Assembly (NCBI GenBank): GCA_017468395.1
Contig: JAFUIR010000008.1
Span: 5,980-69,979 of the forward strand
Source: Lachnospiraceae bacterium
Lineage (GTDB): Bacteria > Bacillota > Clostridia > Lachnospirales > Lachnospiraceae
Direction of reading: 5' to 3'
DNA: 64,000 bases
Positions 40,090 through 47,790 of the stretch are shown here, piece after piece; position 1 is the first letter of the stretch, and each line of letters starts with the position of its first letter. Both the position numbers and the translations under genes were made by a program. The notes under the pieces are model-generated. The model was not told the origin of the DNA. It worked only from the letters and a program-made list of their open reading frames with translations, and made no database searches.

Positions 40090-41607
40090 CTATTCAAAAT
40101 ACTTCATGGGGTCAACCGCAACATTATCTACGAAGACTCCAAAGGAAAGGTTTGGTCCGGTTGCCATGCCTGTGGCACCTACATGACCGATAATAGTTCC
40201 GGCAGATACTTCATCTCCTGCGGAAACCAGAACATCTTGCAAGTGACCGTAAATGACAAGGGTATCGTCTGCACCTGCAACGGAGATGTAGATGCAGTTA
40301 CCGTTATGGGGGCTATAAAGGGTCTCAGTAACAATACCTGCTACTGCGGAATAAACATCGTCCCCTTTTTCACCAGCAATATTAATGTGATCCACAGTTT
40401 TGTTTTCGCCGGTAACAGGATGGACACGGGTACCGAAGGTACTGGAAATGGTGGAACTTTCTGTAGGCCAAGTCCATAAATCTATCTGTATAGCGTCGGT
40501 ATTCTTGTCTGTGCCGGTAACAGGATTGGCCACAGGGGGATTTTCTGCTTCGGTATTCGCAGGTATCTCGGTGGCAACAGCATCTGCAATTTCTGTGCTG
40601 TCGGTGTTTTGCTGAGATTGTGCCCTATTACTGTCATCCGGTTCGGCAGCATTTGCTGATGTCAGGAAACAAGTGCCGATGCACAAAATCAGTGCAAAGG
40701 CAGCAATGCCGCCAAACAGCGTAAACTTTTTAGGTTTCATAATGGCTATAATCCTTTCTTCAATTGTGTTTTTGCTAAAACTATTGAAGAGAAGCGTAGG
40801 AACAGACCGTTGCTCCTCCATGCTGACAAGGGTTCGGGCATAACCGGTCCTGGATTCTGTGCCGGATTTTCTTACCACAGCCTCGTCACAGGATAGTTCT
40901 AAGTCCCGGTTGAAAAGAAAATACATAATCCAAACCAAAGGATTGAACCAGTGGAGGCAGAGGGTGATAATCATGAGTAATTTTGCCACCGGGTCAAAAC
41001 GGCGGATGTGAATGTACTCATGCAGGAAAATATAATTTAGTTGCTCCCTATTATCTAAATCTACTGTCTTTGGCAGCAAAATCACAGGGCGGATAAAGCC
41101 ATACGTCAGAGGGGATGAAATAAGGTCTGACCGGCGGATGCTGATTTCACGCCTTGCGGGGTGTTCCCTTAGCCACTTCTCTGTATAGTTCGTAGAAACA
41201 GGTAAGGAGGTTTTGTAATTTCTAAGGCATGTTATGTAACATATTGCAAAGAAGACCGCAAAGAACATAAATCCCACAAACCATGTAATTTCCCAAGGAA
41301 AAGTGTTATTACCGGCATTTGTTACCGGGGCTGTATCGTGGAAACCCATGGTTTCGAAAGGTAACAAAGGCAGCGCAGTTGCGAGCGGGGACTCTGTGAT
41401 AACGTCCTGCACTTTTTCATTTCTGCCAAAGAGTGAGTACACGCTAAAGGCTGAGGGGATAGAAAAAGGCAGTATCAAACGGACCAGTGCAATGCCCCAT
41501 AGAGAAAGGAAAAATCCTTTGGGAAAGCGGTTAATGAACAGCGTCCGAATGAGCGCAATTACCGCAATGAGTACTGCGCCGGACAAACTCATTTGTAATA
41601 AATTCAT
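40090..41607 (-). CDS. BlaR1/MecR1-type M56 metallopeptidase receptor with a C-terminal degenerate M23/LytM domain
   Basis: SPLTYG, HEYIH (HExxH), HWFNPLVW, ELSCD; then TM, linker and an M23 fold with VDHIN and GPNLSF. Confidence 0.9.
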   Translation of the reverse strand: MNLLQMSLSGAVLIAVIALIRTLFINRFPKGFFLSLWGIALVRLILPFSIPSAFSVYSLFGRNEKVQDVITESPLATALPLLPFETMGFHDTAPVTNAGNNTFPWEITWFVGFMFFAVFFAICYITCLRNYKTSLPVSTNYTEKWLREHPARREISIRRSDLISSPLTYGFIRPVILLPKTVDLDNREQLNYIFLHEYIHIRRFDPVAKLLMIITLCLHWFNPLVWIMYFLFNRDLELSCDEAVVRKSGTESRTGYARTLVSMEEQRSVPTLLFNSFSKNTIEERIIAIMKPKKFTLFGGIAAFALILCIGTCFLTSANAAEPDDSNRAQSQQNTDSTEIADAVATEIPANTEAENPPVANPVTGTDKNTDAIQIDLWTWPTESSTISSTFGTRVHPVTGENKTVDHINIAGEKGDDVYSAVAGIVTETLYSPHNGNCIYISVAGADDTLVIYGHLQDVLVSAGDEVSAGTIIGHVGATGMATGPNLSFGVFVDNVAVDPMKYFE

Positions 41608-41617
41608 ACCGCTCACC

Positions 41618-41977
41618 TCACTCTAAATCACCGATAATCTGTTTAAGTTGCTCAATCTGCTTTGCAGAAAGTTTCTTGCGTCCAAGGAGAGCGGCAAACA
41701 ATTTATCTTCGCAGCCATCATAAATTTTGTTGATGAGTTCGTTTGTCTCTGCCTCTTGAACTTCTTCCTTTTGGATAAGAGCATGACACATAAAATTTGG
41801 TTCAGACCGCAAAATGGCGCCTTTTCCAATGCACCTTTTAATCAGAGTGTAGGTGGTGTTCATATTCCAGCCCACTTCTTCCTTAAGCACATCGGAAATA
41901 TGTTTTGCGGTACAGTCGCCTTCGCGCCAAAGGACGTCCATAACCTTAAGTTCAGAATCAAATAATTTTTCAGTCAT
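41618..41977 (-). CDS. BlaI/MecI/CopY family repressor
   Basis: LFDSELKVMDVLW, WNMNTTYTLIKRC, IYDG. Confidence 0.93.
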   Translation of the reverse strand: MTEKLFDSELKVMDVLWREGDCTAKHISDVLKEEVGWNMNTTYTLIKRCIGKGAILRSEPNFMCHALIQKEEVQEAETNELINKIYDGCEDKLFAALLGRKKLSAKQIEQLKQIIGDLE

Positions 41978-41992
41978 ACTGTGTCCTCCTTC

Positions 41993-42064
41993 AAACTACT
42001 CGAGTAGTTTACATCTACATACTACCGCAGTAGTTTCGATTTGTCAATACACTACTGGAGTAGT
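41993..42064 (-). promoter_or_regulatory. blaI promoter with three ACTAC-N4-GTAGT operators
   Basis: Sites at 41993-42010 (perfect palindrome), 42021-34 and 42051-64; minus-strand TTGACA (42042-47)-N17-TAGTAT. Confidence 0.8.
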
Positions 42065-42209
42065 TTGGTGCAAAATTTTATGAAAAGTAAATTTTTACGA
42101 TTTTCTGGATAAAGAGGATTTACCGGAAACAAAAAAAGAGATATGCTAAAAATGAAAGATTTGTTATGAAAAAGTTATTGTTAAAAATTGTAATCGGGAG
42201 GATGTGTTT

Positions 42210-44048
42210 ATGGCAAAAAATTGGGACACGGGCATAGATAAAAGAAAGACATTTTTCAATCTGGAAGATTTTTCTTTAGGAGATGTACAACTTTTAGATG
42301 AATATGAAGTGAATGCCTTTGCTTTGGAAGTGAAGTATTTGAAGTCTATTGATGCGGACAGATTGATTAGGGGATTTCAGGATATCGCAGGAATCTCGTC
42401 GGCGAACCCGCTCTATGGCGGATGGGAGACTTCAAATATTCAGGGGCATACACTGGGACATTATATGACAGCGGTGTCACAAGCCTATGGTGCCACCAAA
42501 GATGAAGAACTTTTGAATATTATTAATCATATGGCAGATGTTTTGGCACAGTGCCAAAATGCGAAGACGGGCTATCTGGCGGCAATTCCGGAAAGCCACT
42601 ATGCGCAAATTGAAAATGGAAAACCTGACGGGACATGGGTGCCTTGGTATTCTATGCACAAAATCATGTCCGGTCTGATAGCGGCATATGAAAAAGCGGG
42701 TAGCAAGAAAAGTCTGGAAGTGGCAGGTAAACTGGGGGACTGGGTGTACTCCAGAACTTCTAAGTGGACGCCGGAAATGCAAACGGTAGTGTTAAATGTG
42801 GAATACGGCGGAATGAACGACTGTCTGTACCAGTTATATAAGCACACAAAATCCGAAAAACATTTATCGGCGGCTCATAGTTTTGATGAACTATCCCTGT
42901 TTGATGCACTTTATGAGGGAAAGGATGTATTGAAAGACAAACATGCCAACACCACTATCCCCAAGATTATGGGTGCCTTAAACAGATATATAGCGCTGGG
43001 TAAGGGAGAAGAATATTATCTCCGGGTGGCAGAAAATTTCTGGGAAATCGTGATAAAGAGCCACACCTATATTACCGGCGGCAACAGCGAGTGGGAACAT
43101 TTCGGGGAGCCGGGTATTTTGGATGCAGAAAGAACCAACTGCAACTGCGAGACATGCAACACCTATAATATGCTGAAACTTACCAGAGAACTGTTTAAGA
43201 TTACGGGAAAGTCTAAATATGCGGACTACTATGAGAATACATTTATTAATGCTATTCTTTCTTCCCAAAATCCGCAAACCGGCATGACTACTTATTTCCA
43301 GCCCATGGCAACAGGGTTTTTTAAGGTGTACAGTTCCGCTTTCGACCATTTTTGGTGCTGTACGGGTTCCGGCATGGAGAATTTCTCCAAACTGGGAGAC
43401 AGCATTTATTATAAGGACAAAAACAGTATTTATGTGACACAATTTGTTTCTTCCAAAGTCACATGGAAGGAGAAGGGCTTGCTGATTACGCAGGAAAGTT
43501 ATATTCCTGAAACGGATGTCACAAAATTTACCGTGGAAACATTGTCAGGGGAAACCGTAGAAGCGGATATTGTGCTGCGCGTGCCGGATTGGTGCGCAAA
43601 GTCTGCCACTGTGAAAATAAACGGCGCCGAAGCGGAAGCCAAAATAGAGAATGGTTTTTTGTGTGTATCCCGTGATTGGAATAGCGGCGACGTGCTGGAA
43701 TATAGCATTCCTATGGAAGTGGTGGCATATGACTTGCCGGATAACAAAAATGCGGTTGCTTTTAAGTATGGTCCCGTAGTTTTGAGTGTCAATTTGGGCT
43801 CGGAGGATATGAGAACGGATGTTACGGGAGTGAATGTTACCATTCCCACCTGTTCTGTGCCGGTAAATGATGTGATTAAAGTTACAAGGGGAAGGCCTCA
43901 AGAATGGCTTGCAAACGTAAGCGGTAATGTAGTAAGAAGGGAAGGGAAACTGGCTTTTATTTTGAAGGATACCGATAGGGATTTGGTGTTTACACCTCAT
44001 TATATGCAGCATCAAAACAGATATGGCATTTATTTCCGTTTGGAATAG
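42210..44048 (+). CDS. Beta-L-arabinofuranosidase, GH127/GH146 family (no signal peptide)
   Basis: GHTLGHY, EYGGMND, HANTTIP, ETCNTYNMLKL, FWCCTGSGMEN. Confidence 0.9.
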   Translation: MAKNWDTGIDKRKTFFNLEDFSLGDVQLLDEYEVNAFALEVKYLKSIDADRLIRGFQDIAGISSANPLYGGWETSNIQGHTLGHYMTAVSQAYGATKDEELLNIINHMADVLAQCQNAKTGYLAAIPESHYAQIENGKPDGTWVPWYSMHKIMSGLIAAYEKAGSKKSLEVAGKLGDWVYSRTSKWTPEMQTVVLNVEYGGMNDCLYQLYKHTKSEKHLSAAHSFDELSLFDALYEGKDVLKDKHANTTIPKIMGALNRYIALGKGEEYYLRVAENFWEIVIKSHTYITGGNSEWEHFGEPGILDAERTNCNCETCNTYNMLKLTRELFKITGKSKYADYYENTFINAILSSQNPQTGMTTYFQPMATGFFKVYSSAFDHFWCCTGSGMENFSKLGDSIYYKDKNSIYVTQFVSSKVTWKEKGLLITQESYIPETDVTKFTVETLSGETVEADIVLRVPDWCAKSATVKINGAEAEAKIENGFLCVSRDWNSGDVLEYSIPMEVVAYDLPDNKNAVAFKYGPVVLSVNLGSEDMRTDVTGVNVTIPTCSVPVNDVIKVTRGRPQEWLANVSGNVVRREGKLAFILKDTDRDLVFTPHYMQHQNRYGIYFRLE

Positions 44049-44144
44049 GTCTGGGAAAAAAGTGGGTGTCAAAGAGAAAGAAAGTATGTTACAATAAAAA
44101 GGAAACTAAAATAATTCATGAGATAAGTGAAAAATGGTGATTGG

Positions 44145-46424
44145 ATGAAGATATTATTAGCAACCATATTAACCGTGGCATTAGTTGTAATAGGCATATG
44201 TATTTTTAAAACCTACAAGGAGAAGCATAGACTGGCGAAGATTGTCAGAAATATTTTGCTGACAGGGCTTTTGATTGTATTGTTTAATCTGGTGTCTTTG
44301 CTGACAAGGTTTGAACCGGTCTGTCTTGTGGCTTACAGTGCTTATTTTGTGGCTTCGGATTGGTTGCTATATTTTTTGTTGCAATTTTCACTGGAATATA
44401 TCGGCAATGATTTTGAGAAGCATGTAAAGAAGAAATATATGTGTTTGCTCCTGTTGGCGGATTCGGCAAATATTCTTCTGAATAATGTGTTTGAGCATCT
44501 TTACACTTTGAAACATGTCAGTCTTTTTGGCGGGGAAAGTTACTACGAACTGGTTGTTTACTGGCCTTTTGCGGTACATTATTTTATCATTCTCATGGTG
44601 GCTGCTTTTTGTCTTATCAGCCTGTTTTACGGAGCCTTAAAAGCACCGGTGTTCTACCGGAAAAAATACATGACTATTGCGGTCATTATGGTAGTACTTA
44701 TAGTTTTATATTTCATTACGTTCAAATCGGCAATTGACGTTTCCGTAATCGGTTACGTTATAGAAGGAATATGTATTTATTACTGTGCCTTTGTATATAC
44801 ACCCCAGAGGTTGTTGCAAAAGACTCTGTTCCAAGTGACGCAGGATATGTCTGTTGCTTTGTTTGTGATGGACATAGAGGGCAAAAATTTGTATAGCAAT
44901 AAATATGCGGAAGAATTGTTCGATACGGAAAGTCCTCTTGTGAATAAAGAGGGTATCACACTGGAACAGTGGTGCCGTGATGCTTACATGAATCAAGAGG
45001 AAGAATTTACAAAGCAGCAGACTTTTTATCGCGGCGATGAAGAACTGATTTTAAAAATACAGTTACAGAGAATGGTAGACGCCCACAAGCAACTGCAGGG
45101 CGGATATTTCGTGGTGCAGGACCGCACGGAAGAAATTATTGCATTGAGAAAAGAACGGTATCTGGCTACCCATGACAGTTTGACCGGTTTATACAATAAA
45201 CAGCGGTTTTATGAAAAGTGTGAAAAGTATATTAACAGGCATGCCGACAAAGAGTTGCTGATGATTTGTACGGATATCAAAGAATTTAAGATGATTAATG
45301 ATTTCCTGGGAACTAAAACGGGAGATCTTGTGCTACAAAATATTGCTATTATGTTGAAAGAACAGGTAACCAAGGCGATTTACTACGGACGCCTTGGAAA
45401 TGATGTTTTCAGTATATTGATGGCGAAAGAAGACTTTAGCGAAGCACTTTTTGCAAAAGAAGAGCAGGGAGCATATTTCTCGGGAATGACGAGAGATGTA
45501 TCATTCCCTATCATTAATTATATCGGTGTTTACGAGATTACGGAGCGCACACTGCCGGTTTCTGTAATGTGTGACCGTGCAAGGATGGCGATTGCAAAGA
45601 TTAAAGGCGATTATCACAAGCGTATTTCTTATTATGATAATGTGATGCGTGATACTATTTTGCATGAACAGGAATTGATTAGTGACTTGAATACTGCCAT
45701 TTCGGATGGACAACTGAAAATGTATCTTCAGCCCCAGACATCTGTAAGCGGTGAACTTCTGGGAGCGGAGGCGTTGGTGCGTTGGATACATCCGGAAAAA
45801 GGTTTTATCATGCCGGGAGATTTTATTCCCGTTTTTGAGAAAAACGGACTGATTTCCGATGTGGACAGGTATATATGGGAGGTTGCCTGCAAACAACTTC
45901 GCAAATGGAAAGAGGAAGGTCGGGAAGATTTGTATATCTCGGTAAATATTTCTCCCAGAGACTTCTATTTCCTGAACATTTATCAGATATTTACGGAATT
46001 GGTGGAAAAGTATGATATTGCTCCCCAGAATATTAAACTGGAGATTACGGAAACGGCTATTGTAATGGATTTCAAACGTCAGATGGAATTGATTAGCAGA
46101 CTGCGCCGCACGGGATTTGTGGTAGAGATGGATGACTTTGGAAGCGGCTATTCCTCTTTGAATATGCTAAAAGATATTCATGTAGACGTGCTGAAAATTG
46201 ATATGGCGTTCCTGAAAAAGGCCGAAGATGAGGAACGCAGTAAAAAGATTTTGCAAATGATTATCAGTCTTTCCAAAGAACTTGGAATGCCCGTGATTAC
46301 GGAAGGTGTTGAAAATGCGGAGCAGGCAAAGTTCTTGTCGGAAATGGGATGTGAAATGTTCCAGGGATACTATTTTGCAAAACCTATGACAGTGGAAGAA
46401 TTTGAAAACAGATATTTGAGATAA
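44145..46424 (+). CDS. Membrane sensor + PAS-like + degenerate GGDEF + EAL; probable c-di-GMP phosphodiesterase
   Basis: About 7 TMs; HDSLTGLYN; GNDVF at the GGDEF site; EALVRW, DDFGSGYSS, EGVE. Confidence 0.9.
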   Translation: MKILLATILTVALVVIGICIFKTYKEKHRLAKIVRNILLTGLLIVLFNLVSLLTRFEPVCLVAYSAYFVASDWLLYFLLQFSLEYIGNDFEKHVKKKYMCLLLLADSANILLNNVFEHLYTLKHVSLFGGESYYELVVYWPFAVHYFIILMVAAFCLISLFYGALKAPVFYRKKYMTIAVIMVVLIVLYFITFKSAIDVSVIGYVIEGICIYYCAFVYTPQRLLQKTLFQVTQDMSVALFVMDIEGKNLYSNKYAEELFDTESPLVNKEGITLEQWCRDAYMNQEEEFTKQQTFYRGDEELILKIQLQRMVDAHKQLQGGYFVVQDRTEEIIALRKERYLATHDSLTGLYNKQRFYEKCEKYINRHADKELLMICTDIKEFKMINDFLGTKTGDLVLQNIAIMLKEQVTKAIYYGRLGNDVFSILMAKEDFSEALFAKEEQGAYFSGMTRDVSFPIINYIGVYEITERTLPVSVMCDRARMAIAKIKGDYHKRISYYDNVMRDTILHEQELISDLNTAISDGQLKMYLQPQTSVSGELLGAEALVRWIHPEKGFIMPGDFIPVFEKNGLISDVDRYIWEVACKQLRKWKEEGREDLYISVNISPRDFYFLNIYQIFTELVEKYDIAPQNIKLEITETAIVMDFKRQMELISRLRRTGFVVEMDDFGSGYSSLNMLKDIHVDVLKIDMAFLKKAEDEERSKKILQMIISLSKELGMPVITEGVENAEQAKFLSEMGCEMFQGYYFAKPMTVEEFENRYLR

Positions 46425-46459
46425 GCAGATGGAGCATTTTGACAGCTAAAGGAGAGACT

Positions 46460-47227
46460 ATGATTTTTGAAACCCATGCTCATTATGATGATGACGCATT
46501 TGATGAAGACAGAGAATTGCTGCTGGAACAATTGCCAAAGCAGGGAATAGGCCGTGTGGTAAATATCGGTGCCAGTTTGAAATCCTGCCAAAAGACGCTG
46601 GATCTGATGGAAAAGTATGATTATATTTACGGAGCCATCGGTGTGCATCCAAATGAAACAGGAGAATTAAATGAAGAGAATTTTGCATGGCTAAAAAAAC
46701 AGTGTGAACACAAAAAATGTGTGGCGGTTGGTGAAATCGGTCTGGATTATTACTGGGACGAGCCGGAGCGGCAAGTGCAAAAAGAATGGTTTCGCAGGCA
46801 ACTTCGGCTGGCAAAGGAAATGGATTTGCCGGTGGTAATACATTCCAGGGATGCGGCGCAGGATACCATACAGATTATGAAGGAAGAACATGCGGAGGAA
46901 ATCGGCGGAGTCGTACATTGTTTTGCTTACACGAAGGAGACTGCGCAGATTTTTCTGGATATGGGTTTTTACATCGGTGTAGGTGGTGTAATTACTTTTA
47001 AAAACGGCAAGAAGTTGAAAGAGGCGGTGGAAGACATTCCTTTGGAGCGCATTGTGCTGGAAACAGACAGCCCTTATTTGTCTCCGGAGCCTTATAGGGG
47101 AAAGCGCAATTCATCTTTGAATCTTCCCTTTGTAGTAGAGCAGATTGCGAGTATCAAGAATGTGACCCCGGAAGAGGTCGAAAGGGTCACATATGAAAAC
47201 GCATTAAAATTATATAGATTATCATAG
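46460..47227 (+). CDS. tatD: TatD family nuclease
   Basis: ETHAHY, GVHP, VGEIGLDY, IHSRDA, VHCF, LETDSPY. Confidence 0.95.
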   Translation: MIFETHAHYDDDAFDEDRELLLEQLPKQGIGRVVNIGASLKSCQKTLDLMEKYDYIYGAIGVHPNETGELNEENFAWLKKQCEHKKCVAVGEIGLDYYWDEPERQVQKEWFRRQLRLAKEMDLPVVIHSRDAAQDTIQIMKEEHAEEIGGVVHCFAYTKETAQIFLDMGFYIGVGGVITFKNGKKLKEAVEDIPLERIVLETDSPYLSPEPYRGKRNSSLNLPFVVEQIASIKNVTPEEVERVTYENALKLYRLS

Positions 47228-47240
47228 TAAAAGAGATTGG

Positions 47241-47271
47241 AAGTGCACTTCATTTTTGGAGTGCGCTTTTT
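47241..47271 (+). terminator. Intrinsic terminator
   Basis: AAGTGCACTTC-loop-GGAGTGCGCTT followed by a T run. Confidence 0.75.
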
Positions 47272-47306
47272 CTGTGATTGCTAAAGAGTATTTTAAAAAA
47301 AGGGTA

Positions 47307-47360
47307 TTGACAAATATGTCTAATGGTATTAGACTAAAGTTGTCTAAAGGCATTAGACAA
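47307..47360 (+). promoter_or_regulatory. Second blaI promoter with two GTCTAA-N5-TTAGAC operators
   Basis: TTGACA-N17-TAGACT; sites at 47318-34 and 47342-58. Confidence 0.8.
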
Positions 47361-47418
47361 AACGACAAGAAGTAACGCATATGCAGTATTTCATAAATAA
47401 AGGGAGGTATGGTAAGAC

Positions 47419-47790
47419 ATGGAGCAGTTTAAATTGGGAGAAATGGAGCAACGGTTGGCGGATTTGATTTGGGGGCACGAGCCGCTCAGTTCGGGGGAAC
47501 TTGTAAAATTATGTGAAGGAGCTTTTGACTGGAAGAGGACTACGACTTACACCATGCTCAAGAGACTTTGCGAGAGAAATATTTTTGCGAACGAAAACGG
47601 TACAGTGGTGGCGTTGATGTCCAAGGAGGAATTTCAGGCTGCCAGAGGGGAACAGTTTATTAATGATAATTTTGAGGGCTCTCTGCCACAGTTTTTGGCG
47701 GCCTTTTCCCGCAGAAAAAAATTGGGGGAAAAAGAAATTCTTGAACTGAAACGATTGATTGATGAATATGAGGAGGGGGACAATGATTGA
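47419..47790 (+). CDS. BlaI/MecI/CopY family repressor
   Basis: LGEMEQRLADLIW, WKRTTTYTMLKRL, FEGSLPQFLAAF. Confidence 0.93.
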   Translation: MEQFKLGEMEQRLADLIWGHEPLSSGELVKLCEGAFDWKRTTTYTMLKRLCERNIFANENGTVVALMSKEEFQAARGEQFINDNFEGSLPQFLAAFSRRKKLGEKEILELKRLIDEYEEGDND

